A stretch of DNA of 64,000 nt from an uncultured Gemmatimonadales bacterium (lineage in GTDB: Bacteria > Gemmatimonadota > Gemmatimonadetes > Gemmatimonadales > GWC2-71-9), in assembly GCA_963695555.1 (NCBI GenBank), contig CAVOGR010000002.1, positions 320,001 through 384,000 on the forward strand, given 5' to 3'. Every line of letters begins with the position of its first letter. Within the stretch, counting starts at the first letter, position 1. A program made the translations under genes and the position numbers. Shown here one piece after another: positions 1 to 8,734 of the stretch. The notes beneath the pieces were generated by a model, which searched no databases, was not told where the DNA came from, and saw only the letters and a list, made by a program, of their open reading frames with translations.

Positions 1-55
1 ACCGTGGGCTCCTCTCGGAAGACCTTTATCGACCAGACCCTTCTCGTCGACATAT

Positions 56-796
56 TCAGATCAACCCGCGAAGCTGGCGGACGAGTTCCGTCGCCTTCGC
101 GCCGAACTGACCGAGAGCAACCTTCGGTTCCCCGCCGTACCGCTCGCGAAACCTGATTGGGACTGTTCCATGCGTGACCGCCATCCGTTTCAACAACACG
201 GCCAGCCCGACATTGGTGAGGTCGACCCGCGTCGCCTTCAGCCGTGCCACGGGTTTCTGGAGCACGGACGCGTGCATCAGCCGGTACGGTGTGTTCGCAT
301 CGACGCACCATACACCGGCCGTGGCGAGTACGACCAGCCGGAGCAGGCGACTCGCCACCACACGGCGCCAGCCGTCGTCACGTGACTTGCGCCACCCGTA
401 GACGACCTGCGCTCGATGGCGCTGGCGCCACATCTGGAAGAAATACTGGGGGTCGCATTGCCCGTCGGAGTCGATCTGGAATACGTAGCGAGCGCCGAGT
501 TCGAGGGCACGCTCATATCCGGCGAGACAAGTGAGCCCGTGCCCACGGTTCGTATGTGTGTGGAGCTGAATGCGGTCACCGAGTTGCTGCTGGAGCCGCT
601 CGACGATGTCGGGACTACGGTCGGTCGACCCATCGTTCATCACTAGAATGATGAAGTCTTCCGTCCAGTTTTCTATTTCCAGGCACCACTCCCGGATCAC
701 CTTGCGCAACGACGGCTGCTCGTTATACACCGGAAGGACCACCACCAGTTCCGGCGACCCTTCCTCACCTGGCATTGCGGCGGCGGCAAACATCAC
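56..796 (-). CDS. Glycosyltransferase family 2 (DPM1/polyprenol-phosphate glycosyltransferase-like)
   Basis: VVLPVYNE, NDGSTD, NRGHG and DSDGQ motifs of GT-A fold GT2 enzymes; 4-nt overlap with upstream glf. Confidence 0.85.
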   Translation of the reverse strand: MMFAAAAMPGEEGSPELVVVLPVYNEQPSLRKVIREWCLEIENWTEDFIILVMNDGSTDRSPDIVERLQQQLGDRIQLHTHTNRGHGLTCLAGYERALELGARYVFQIDSDGQCDPQYFFQMWRQRHRAQVVYGWRKSRDDGWRRVVASRLLRLVVLATAGVWCVDANTPYRLMHASVLQKPVARLKATRVDLTNVGLAVLLKRMAVTHGTVPIRFRERYGGEPKVALGQFGAKATELVRQLRGLI

Positions 797-1962
797 CGGG
801 TGCTCGGCTTCACGCGTGCCTTCAATCTTTCAAACTCCTTCAGCGCCATCGCGACCACCTGATCCATATTGTAATATCGGTAGGTTGCGAGCCTGCCGAC
901 AAAACTCACGTTCGTCTCACTCGCTGCGAGCCGGGCATACTTGGCATACGTGGCTGCCGATGCTTCCGTCGGAACGGGGTAGTACGGCTCTCGGGTTTCG
1001 TCAACAGATGCCGGAAACTCGCGCACGATCGTGGATGCCGGAGTTGCCTGCCCCGTTGCGTGCTTGATCTCGACGATGCGAGTGAAGGCATGATCGTTGG
1101 GATAATTCACCTGCATCTCCGGCTGCCAGAATCCAGGCTTGCCGGACACCGGTTTCCGCGCCTCGAGCGCGGGCGCCTCGAAACTCTCGAACTCGAACTG
1201 CAGGGATCGGTACGGCAGTCGTCCGAAAGCGTAGTCGAAGAACGCATCGACGGGACCGGTATAGATCATATGATCGAACCGGACATGGGGCATCACGTCA
1301 CGATAGTCGGTGGCGAGACGGATCGTGAGCGGTTGGCTCTGCGCAACCATGTTGTCGAATAGGCATGAGTACCCGTCGCGTGGCAGAGCCTGGAATCTCT
1401 CTTCCAGGTAAGCGTCGTTCCGTGTCATGCGGATGGGAATCCTTGCGCACACGGAAGGCGCCAAATCCCGCGGGTGCATCTTCCAATGCTTTTGCGTATA
1501 CCCGAGAAAGAACATCTCGTAAAGTTCCCACCCCACCTGCGATACCACCACCTCTTCGGAATTCCGCGGGTTGTCGATGGGTACGCGCTTGTCCGCCAAA
1601 TATGCTGCGAACTCCTCCTCGCTCGACGGACGACCGATCAGTTGCTCGAAGGTCGTCAGGTTAATCGGGAAACTCCAGAATCGACCGCCCGTGAAACTTT
1701 GCACCTTGTATGTGACGTGATGCCATTCGGTGAACTGCGACAAATAGTCGACGACGCGCGGAGCGTTGGTGCGAAAATAGTGTGGCCCGTACGTGTGGAC
1801 CAACACGCCGGCGTCATCGAAGTAGTCGTGCGCATTGCCTCCGATGTGCGGTCGGCGCTCCACCACCAGACACCGCAGGCCAAGCTGCGACGAGAGGCGC
1901 TCGGCCAGGACGAGCCCTGCGAATCCCGCGCCGACAATGAGGAAGTCATACCGGTCGGGCAT
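793..1962 (-). CDS. glf: UDP-galactopyranose mutase
   Basis: FAD-binding IVGAGFAG, HIGGNAHD, HTYGPHYF, LPYRSL, EPYYP, GRLATYRYYNMDQVV. Start placed at MPDRYD (1962), not the ORF-track start 2175. Confidence 0.93.
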   Translation of the reverse strand: MPDRYDFLIVGAGFAGLVLAERLSSQLGLRCLVVERRPHIGGNAHDYFDDAGVLVHTYGPHYFRTNAPRVVDYLSQFTEWHHVTYKVQSFTGGRFWSFPINLTTFEQLIGRPSSEEEFAAYLADKRVPIDNPRNSEEVVVSQVGWELYEMFFLGYTQKHWKMHPRDLAPSVCARIPIRMTRNDAYLEERFQALPRDGYSCLFDNMVAQSQPLTIRLATDYRDVMPHVRFDHMIYTGPVDAFFDYAFGRLPYRSLQFEFESFEAPALEARKPVSGKPGFWQPEMQVNYPNDHAFTRIVEIKHATGQATPASTIVREFPASVDETREPYYPVPTEASAATYAKYARLAASETNVSFVGRLATYRYYNMDQVVAMALKEFERLKARVKPSTR

Positions 1963-2470
1963 TGCGCGATTCAGTCCCTTCTCGTGATCACACGATTGAT
2001 CTCGCGACGATGAGCACCACCGCCGCGCGGCGGCCCACCAAGCCAGACCCGGCGCGACGGATCCGCCCGACCCGAAAAAGTACACCAAAGCAAGAACGAG
2101 GCCACGGCGGTCGCATCGCGGGTTGAGTTCCTTGAGGATTTTGGCCGGCGCCGGGGACACGGGACACCGAACCACGGTCGATGCCGGAGCGCGGGCCGCC
2201 GCCGCTGCCGATCAGGACTGTTTGACACTGCCGACCCCACTCTCGAGAATCGCAAGGCACCCGCGCCCCGCGTCGCGATCGCAATGGGACCGACATTCTC
2301 CCCAAGCTCACCACCAAGAGCCTCCAAGAAGTCGGGCAGCGGCGCAAGGGCTGGCTCGTGGAGCGAAGTGAAGGATGGATCCGCAGCCAGATCCGGCTAA
2401 TCGATGCCCACCTTCCGCATCCTGCGGCCGTCTCGTACCTTACCCATTGAACCGAGCCAGCGAGCGCCGC

Positions 2471-2992
2471 ATGCGGGTTGAGTGGAATTCGTATCTTTCG
2501 CCAGTGGGGACGTTGACCCTCGTCGAGGGTGCGGACGGTCCGTTGCTCGTCGAGTTCCCAACCAAGCGCACGAACCTGAATTGGGCCGACCGGTTACGCA
2601 AACGTAATCGCGATGTGACCATCGACCCCGGGCCGTGCCAGCGCTTGACCAACTGGCTTGCGGGGTACTTTCGCGGTGGGCCACGGCCGTTCCCGTTCCC
2701 GGAGTACCTGGGCGCCTATTTCGTGCTCGAACCATCCCAACTCGCGGTGTGGCGTCACCTCTGCACCATTCCCTTCGGGAAGACCTGCAGCTACGACGAC
2801 TTGGCACGGGCCACGGGCATTCCGCCCAGGGCCGTCGGACAAATCCTCGGATCGAACCCGTTGGCGCTACTCATCCCTTGTCACCGCGTCGTCGGAAAGC
2901 AAGGTGGCTTGGTGGGTTACGGTGGGGGGCTCACCCGAAAGCGCTGGCTGCTCAACCACGAGTTGCGGGCGGTCGGGGTGGTCCTCAGCTGA
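2471..2992 (+). CDS. ogt: Methylated-DNA--protein-cysteine S-methyltransferase
   Basis: IPFGKTCSY, RAVG, NPLALLIPCHRVV active-site motif, GYGGG..RKRWLL; start at MRVEW. Confidence 0.88.
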   Translation: MRVEWNSYLSPVGTLTLVEGADGPLLVEFPTKRTNLNWADRLRKRNRDVTIDPGPCQRLTNWLAGYFRGGPRPFPFPEYLGAYFVLEPSQLAVWRHLCTIPFGKTCSYDDLARATGIPPRAVGQILGSNPLALLIPCHRVVGKQGGLVGYGGGLTRKRWLLNHELRAVGVVLS

Positions 2993-3231
2993 TCCTCGGA
3001 GGCCGGCCCGGCCCGGCCCGCCCACCGCCTGGCATCCTGCATTAACCGTGAAGTCGAGCCCCCACCGATCGATCCCAAAGTGGCCGATGCCGCCCCCAAG
3101 GTGGCCATCACGGACCGAGGGCCCATGGTCCGGACATTGCAGCGAGCATGGACGAGCCCATTGTGGCCGGACCGGTGGCCGGGCGCGCCGGGCGCTCGAT
3201 TGACGGGGTTGTCCGCTAAGAGGAAAGGCCA

Positions 3232-3765
3232 ATGATCCGACGTTTGGGAGTTCTCATCGCGTGCATGGCGACTGCGTCCGTTGGGGCCGCCTCGGCTCAG
3301 GACGAGCTGCCGGCTGACGGGGTCCACCTCAGCTTTTTCGGGTTCGAAGCCGGTGGGCATCTGACCGACCTGGATGATCAGGTCAGGGAGTTAGGCGGCT
3401 CGGGTCTGCGATGCACCCGCTCGCGCGCCGATCGTCGGCTACTCGATTGCCGTGGAACCGCACCCGATCCTGCCGCGGGCCGACAGATAGAGATCTGGAT
3501 CTCGGCCATCGACAGTCTGGGCGGGGTTGTCACCATCTCGGGGAACGTGAGCGCGGCACAGCTCGACGACTGGAGACGGCTCATCGAGCAAGACTACGGC
3601 AAGGTTGGGGCTCGCGTTCAGGGACCCCAGTGGATGATGCAGTGGGTGCGGCGGCGGCAGATGATCCGTCTTACTTGGCGGGTCGAAAACAACCAAAAGG
3701 TTGCTTCGGTCAGTCTGGTCGACGGCCCGGTCCTCGATGGCTGGGGTCGATCCTCGGCTCGGTGA
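3232..3765 (+). CDS. Hypothetical secreted protein
   Basis: RBS-like GAGGAAAGG before ATG; N-terminal signal peptide ending ASA-Q; one Cys pair; no recognised family. Confidence 0.65.
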   Translation: MIRRLGVLIACMATASVGAASAQDELPADGVHLSFFGFEAGGHLTDLDDQVRELGGSGLRCTRSRADRRLLDCRGTAPDPAAGRQIEIWISAIDSLGGVVTISGNVSAAQLDDWRRLIEQDYGKVGARVQGPQWMMQWVRRRQMIRLTWRVENNQKVASVSLVDGPVLDGWGRSSAR

Positions 3766-3886
3766 CCAGAGGGCGGACAACTACCAACTCTCGCTCGAGC
3801 CGTTAGCTCGTCGCCCAGCAGGACTTGGGCGGTGAGGCGGGCGGCGCGGCGTGTCCCCGCTCATAACGCGCAGGATAGCGGCCGAG

Positions 3887-4285
3887 CTACTTTTTCCTTA
3901 CCGCTTTTCGCGGCTTGCTCTTCACGGGCTTCCGCGCCGAAGGCTTCTTCGCGCCGGACTTCTTCGGCGCTACTTTCTTGGCCTTCTTTCGAGCCGTCGA
4001 CTTGGCCTTGGTGCGCTTGGCCCGCACCGCGGCACGGCTCGCACGCTTCTGGTGCGCCACGTCGACTTCTTGGAGTATTCGGACACATTCGTCCTCGGCC
4101 AAGAGGCCGCGGCGGCTCGCGTACTGGAGCAGCTCCTGGGCGTCGGTTAGCTCGAATTCCTCGATGCGGGCGGCGGATCGGATTATACCGACCAACGCGT
4201 CGGCCACCGGACTGCGCAACACATTCGCGATCCCCGGCAAGCTTTCCAACAGGGTGGACATCTGGGCGCCACCAAGCTCTGACAC
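3887..4285 (-). CDS. Hypothetical protein with Lys/Ala/Pro-rich histone H1-like C-terminal tail
   Basis: GGAAGGAGG RBS upstream of GTG; helical N-domain followed by KAKSTARKKAKKVAPKKSGAKKPSARKPVKSKPRKAVRKK. Confidence 0.7.
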   Translation of the reverse strand: MSELGGAQMSTLLESLPGIANVLRSPVADALVGIIRSAARIEEFELTDAQELLQYASRRGLLAEDECVRILQEVDVAHQKRASRAAVRAKRTKAKSTARKKAKKVAPKKSGAKKPSARKPVKSKPRKAVRKK

Positions 4286-4422
4286 AACCCCTCCTTCCGA
4301 TCACTGCCGACCAGCCGGCAACCGCCTCACGGCGTATGCCCAAAGAGGCGGCAAGCTAGTGTTGCGACTGCCTCACCAAAAGGAGTTGTCGGAGCAACTA
4401 CCAAATATATGCCGAAAAGAAC

Positions 4423-4836
4423 CTACTCGATCACCAGGCTTCCCACCGCGCCATAGACCTGGTGGGTCAGGCAGTAGAACCGGTAGGTCCCAGCGGCCAG
4501 ACGCGGCACGACTATTCGGTAGGTGTCACCCACGTCGACGAGCAGCGGACCTCTCAGGTCGCTTACCCTCCCGACCATGGCGCGGTTGAGCGCCGCAACT
4601 TGGGCTCCCTCGAGTCCGGTCGGGTCAAAGGCGATGCTGTGTGGAGGGCCGGAAACGACCCGGAACGCGATGACATCCCCGGGGCGTGCCGAGACTTTGA
4701 GTGGGTGGAATCCGAAACGGCTTTCGGCTCGATCTGCCCGCACCTCGACCGTGTGCGTGCCTTGGCCTCGGAGCTGTCCGGGCATGAGGAGCGCAACGGC
4801 TCCCAGCAGCAGGCCGACGTGGCAGCGAACGAGCAT
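4423..4836 (-). CDS. Plastocyanin/azurin-like cupredoxin (secreted)
   Basis: Signal peptide; FHP..V..RPGD, PPHSIAFD and GTYRFYCLTH copper-site motifs. Confidence 0.8.
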   Translation of the reverse strand: MLVRCHVGLLLGAVALLMPGQLRGQGTHTVEVRADRAESRFGFHPLKVSARPGDVIAFRVVSGPPHSIAFDPTGLEGAQVAALNRAMVGRVSDLRGPLLVDVGDTYRIVVPRLAAGTYRFYCLTHQVYGAVGSLVIE

Positions 4837-4931
4837 GGTTCCCCCTCTTCTTTGCGGCCTGTGGCGACGGACCCTAGATTGAAGATGGCGGAGCGGATGG
4901 GATTGTCCACCTCTCCCCGGAAGGACCGCCA

Positions 4932-5183
4932 GTGGGTCGCAGGAAGATAAAGGAGTACCGACCGTCCGAAGCCCTGGCCCTGATTGCGGCCGACCGCGAC
5001 CAGCAGCCTCTGGTTTGTCCGGTCTGCGGCAAGGGCGCCATTAGCCGCATCCCCAAGCGTCCGCCGAGAAGCCGATCGTCGAGAGGGGGTCGGATCAGGC
5101 TCCACTGTACGGCCTGCGATCGCAGCGCCGCCTACACGCAGTCGCCGGGCGACCGCTCGACGACCTCCCCGTCACGCTTCTAG
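4932..5183 (+). CDS. Small zinc-ribbon protein (CPVC...CTAC)
   Basis: AAGGA RBS before GTG; two CxxC pairs; fills the gap upstream of the MFS gene. Confidence 0.5.
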   Translation: MGRRKIKEYRPSEALALIAADRDQQPLVCPVCGKGAISRIPKRPPRSRSSRGGRIRLHCTACDRSAAYTQSPGDRSTTSPSRF

Positions 5184-5242
5184 GACTCTCGTCCTGTTGC
5201 TCCCTTGCCCCGCGGCACGGGTCCCAGCATCCTGCATCCCTT

Positions 5243-6460
5243 ATGAGCGAGTCCCCCTCGGCCGCGGCTACGGCGGGCCAGCGGCGCGCCCTTCGACTGG
5301 TGCTCCTGACCGTCTTCATCGACCTCATCGGCTTCGCCGTCGTGCTGCCGCTCCTGCCGAGCTATGGAGCGCGATACGGCGCCAGCGATGCGGCGATCGG
5401 TGTTCTCGTCGCGAGCTATTCCCTCATCCAACTCCTGCTCGCACCGTGGTGGGGGCGGCTGAGCGACCGTATTGGCCGACGGCCGGTTCTCTTGATCAGC
5501 CTAGTTGGAAGCGCGGCATCATATCTCTTGTTCGGGTTCGCGGGCAGCTTCCTCGTGCTCCTGCTGTCTCGCGTGATCGCCGGGGGCAGTGGGTCCATCG
5601 TCAATGTTGCTCAAGCCACCTTGGCCGATGTGACCCCACCGGAGCGACGCGCCCGTGCCATGGGACTGATTGGCGCTGCGTTCGGGGCGGCATTTGTGAT
5701 CGGTCCCGCGCTCGGTGGCATGAGCACGCGTCTCGGGGACGCTGCCCCTGGGCTCCTGGCCGCCGCGCTGAGTGGCATGAACTTCATCGCCGCGCTGGTC
5801 TGGCTTCCTGAAACACGGACGGAAGCCCACAGGGCCGAGAGCCAGGTTCGACCGCCGTGGCGACCGCTCCTGGCTCCCTTGGGCATCCTGTTCCTCGAGA
5901 CCTTCGCCTTCGCCGTCATCTACGCCGTGTTCCCCTTATACGGTGAACGCATGTGGGGCTTCGACCGGGAGGGTGTGTCCTATCTGTTCGTGTTTATCGG
6001 GTTGGTTACCGTCGTGGTCCAAGGCTGGATGGTAGGACGACTCGCGCCCCGGTTTGGAGAGCCGCGCGTCATGGTTGCGGGCTGTGTTTCGCTGGCGGTC
6101 GGCCTGATGCTGCTCCCGATGAGCGCCACCCTGGCGGCGTCAGCCGAGTGGCGCCTGCCCTCGTTGCTCGGGGTCCTGGCATTGATTTCCGCGGGGACTG
6201 GGCTCGTGGCGCCGACTGCCGCGAGTTATGTGTCGCGGCTTACCAGGTCCGAATCCCAGGGTCACGCCCTCGGACGGCTGCAGAGCTCGGGTGCTATGGC
6301 GCGAGTGGCGGGCCCAATACTCCTGGGGGTGGTGAGCGACCTGTCCGATTCCGGACCATTCATCGCCGCGAGCGGTGTTGCATCGCTCGCGCTGCTCCTC
6401 GCCGTAACGACGGCGTACCGATCGCCTATTCGGGGGTCGAGAAGATCCGGCCCCACCTGA
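5243..6460 (+). CDS. MFS transporter, DHA1/TetA-like
   Basis: Motif A GRLSDRIGRRPVL, ADVTPPERRARAMG, IGPALGG; about 12 hydrophobic segments. Confidence 0.88.
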   Translation: MSESPSAAATAGQRRALRLVLLTVFIDLIGFAVVLPLLPSYGARYGASDAAIGVLVASYSLIQLLLAPWWGRLSDRIGRRPVLLISLVGSAASYLLFGFAGSFLVLLLSRVIAGGSGSIVNVAQATLADVTPPERRARAMGLIGAAFGAAFVIGPALGGMSTRLGDAAPGLLAAALSGMNFIAALVWLPETRTEAHRAESQVRPPWRPLLAPLGILFLETFAFAVIYAVFPLYGERMWGFDREGVSYLFVFIGLVTVVVQGWMVGRLAPRFGEPRVMVAGCVSLAVGLMLLPMSATLAASAEWRLPSLLGVLALISAGTGLVAPTAASYVSRLTRSESQGHALGRLQSSGAMARVAGPILLGVVSDLSDSGPFIAASGVASLALLLAVTTAYRSPIRGSRRSGPT

Positions 6461-7142
6461 CGTCCGTGATGAACGGCAGGGGACGCCAGCTTTGTTGATC
6501 GTAGCTGAAATAGATCAGCAATGGCCTGCCCCGAATGTTCTTCCTGGGCAGGAAGCCCCACATCCGGCTATCGTGTGAGTTGTCGCGACTGTCACCCATC
6601 ACGAAATAGGAGTCCGACGGCACGACGATCGGCCCCCAGTCCTGGAGGTCGGGATGGTAGGTGGCGCTGTCGCCGTTGGCGAGATAACGCACTTGCCAAT
6701 CGCGCATTCGTTGCCGCTGGAACTGGTCGGCCGATGGAAGCGGGTCCGCATGCACGATGTAGGGTTCATTCAGCATGCGGCCATTGCGCATCATCCGGCC
6801 GGCCGTCATGGCAAGCGTATCCCCGGGCGCTCCCATCAACCGCTTCACCACTTTGATGTCTTCTTCGACGGAGTCGAAGACGATCAAGTCGCCGCGCCGC
6901 GGCTCGCGCACCGCCGGCAGGCGTTTGTGGATCAAGGGAACCTCGGCGCCGTACAGCGCCTTGTTCACAAAGAGGAAGTCCCCGATCATCAGGGTGTTTT
7001 CCATGCTCCCCGACGGAATTCGGAACGCTTCCACCAAGAACGTGCGGAGGAAGAACCACACCACCAGAGCGAGGGCGATGGACTTGACCCATCCCCAGAT
7101 CCAGGGGACGAAACCGGATTCTTTTGACGCCGCTCTTTTCAT
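6426..7142 (-). CDS. lepB: Signal peptidase I
   Basis: IPSGSMENTL (catalytic Ser), GDFLFVNK, VVKRL (catalytic Lys), GDSRDNSHDSR. Confidence 0.93.
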   Translation of the reverse strand: MKRAASKESGFVPWIWGWVKSIALALVVWFFLRTFLVEAFRIPSGSMENTLMIGDFLFVNKALYGAEVPLIHKRLPAVREPRRGDLIVFDSVEEDIKVVKRLMGAPGDTLAMTAGRMMRNGRMLNEPYIVHADPLPSADQFQRQRMRDWQVRYLANGDSATYHPDLQDWGPIVVPSDSYFVMGDSRDNSHDSRMWGFLPRKNIRGRPLLIYFSYDQQSWRPLPFITDVRWGRIFSTPE

Positions 7143-7179
7143 AGTCAGATCCTGCCCTTTGCGCTCGGCCGACCGTCGA

Positions 7180-8265
7180 TCAATCTACCCAATCCGCAAT
7201 GAACAAGTTGGTTTCCCGGGCCTCCGAACCGTGGCGGTTCGATGCCCACACCAACTTCGACCCATCCGGGCTGAACATGGGGAACGAGTCGAATTCCCCG
7301 TCGAAGGTTACCCGCTCGAGTCCGGTCCCATCGACGTTGATGAGGTAGAGGTTGAAGACGCGTCCACCCTGGCTTTCGTGATTGGAGGCGAAGATGATCC
7401 GCGACCCGTCCGGGTGGAAATATGGGGCGAAGTTTGCGCCCCCGAGATTGGTCACTTGCCGCGGGTCGCTGCCGTCGGCGTTCGCGACCCATAGCTCGAG
7501 ATTGCCCGGCCGCACCATGCGCTGCGCCAGCAGACCCAAGTAGTCCGCAGAGTCCGCCGCGGTTTGCGGGTATCCGGCCCGCCAGACGAGCTTCTTCCCA
7601 TCCGGCGAAAAGAACGCTCCCCCATCGTAGCCCACCCGCTGCGTCACTCGGCGGAGATCCGACCCGTCCACGTTCATCGTATAGAGTTCGAGATCGCCGT
7701 CCATCGTGCTCGTGAAGATGATACGGGACCCGTCCGGGGAGAGGGTCGCCTCCGCATTATAAGTCCCGTTGTTGGTCAGTTGTTGAGGGTCGCTTCCATC
7801 GGCCGCCGCCGTGTAGATCTCGAAGTGGCCGATCGGCCACACGTAGCCTTTCGAATGATCGGGTGGCGGTGGGCACGCGGTGTCGTGCTCGAACGTCGAG
7901 CTGTAGAGAATCCGCCGGTCGTTATCGTAGAAATACCCGCAGGTGGTGCGCCCCTGGCCGTTCGACACCCGTCGCATGCCGGTGCCATCGGCGTTGATGA
8001 TATACTGCTGGTCACAGCCTTCGGAGACCTTGTCCTGACGTTGGAAGATGATCTCCTTGCCGGATCTGGAGAAGTAGCCCTCCGCGTTGTTTCCCCCGAA
8101 GGTCAGCTGTTGGATGTTTGCGAGATGGACTTCCCCTGGCTCGGGATCAACAAACACACCCGCGGGCGCTGCGGCTTCGTCGCGCGCTCCGCCACAGGCG
8201 GTCATCATCATCAGTCCGCCCAACCCAAGAACCCCGAGGTGCCTTCGAATCTGCATGCCGGTCAT
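7180..8265 (-). CDS. TolB-like PD40 beta-propeller lipoprotein
   Basis: Lipobox-like MTAC; repeated FSPDG..I.F.S units. Confidence 0.8.
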   Translation of the reverse strand: MTGMQIRRHLGVLGLGGLMMMTACGGARDEAAAPAGVFVDPEPGEVHLANIQQLTFGGNNAEGYFSRSGKEIIFQRQDKVSEGCDQQYIINADGTGMRRVSNGQGRTTCGYFYDNDRRILYSSTFEHDTACPPPPDHSKGYVWPIGHFEIYTAAADGSDPQQLTNNGTYNAEATLSPDGSRIIFTSTMDGDLELYTMNVDGSDLRRVTQRVGYDGGAFFSPDGKKLVWRAGYPQTAADSADYLGLLAQRMVRPGNLELWVANADGSDPRQVTNLGGANFAPYFHPDGSRIIFASNHESQGGRVFNLYLINVDGTGLERVTFDGEFDSFPMFSPDGSKLVWASNRHGSEARETNLFIADWVD

Positions 8266-8720
8266 CCTTTCAACAGGGCGAGCACTTCCGCCGCGTGTCC
8301 CTTCGGTTTCACCTTTTCGAACACCTTGAGCACCGTCCCATGTTCATCGATCACGAAGGTCGTCCGGAGGACGCCATGATACGATTTCCCGTACATGGAC
8401 TTCTTCCCCCACGCGCCATACGCGTCCGCGACGACGTGGTCGGGGTCGGCAAGGAGGGAGAAGGGGAGTTGATATTTCGTCTTGAACTTTCGGTGCGACG
8501 CCTCGTCGTCCGGAGACACCCCGAGCACGACTGCCCCCGCCTGCGAGACAGCCCCCCAGGAGTCGCGAAACCCGCATGCTTCCGTGGTACACCCGGGCGT
8601 GTCGTCCCGGGGGTAGAAATAGAGAACGACCTTCTTACCACGGAACATGTCGAGCGAGATCTCCGTTCCGTCGTCGGATCGGAGCGAGAATGCAGGGGCA
8701 CGATTGCCGGATTTAACCAT
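8262..8720 (-). CDS. bcp: Thioredoxin-dependent thiol peroxidase (BCP/PrxQ)
   Basis: VVLYFYPRDDTPGCTTEACGFRD signature; start at MVKSG. Confidence 0.93.
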   Translation of the reverse strand: MVKSGNRAPAFSLRSDDGTEISLDMFRGKKVVLYFYPRDDTPGCTTEACGFRDSWGAVSQAGAVVLGVSPDDEASHRKFKTKYQLPFSLLADPDHVVADAYGAWGKKSMYGKSYHGVLRTTFVIDEHGTVLKVFEKVKPKGHAAEVLALLKG

Positions 8721-8734
8721 GAATCGTCGTATCG

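Noticed and set aside
1..53. Start of a further minus-strand gene at the window edge
   Set aside because: Only 17 codons visible; no product can be assigned
1963..2470. Gene between glf and ogt, or an N-terminal extension of glf
   Set aside because: Only short hydrophobic patches in different frames; no coherent ORF or family can be supported
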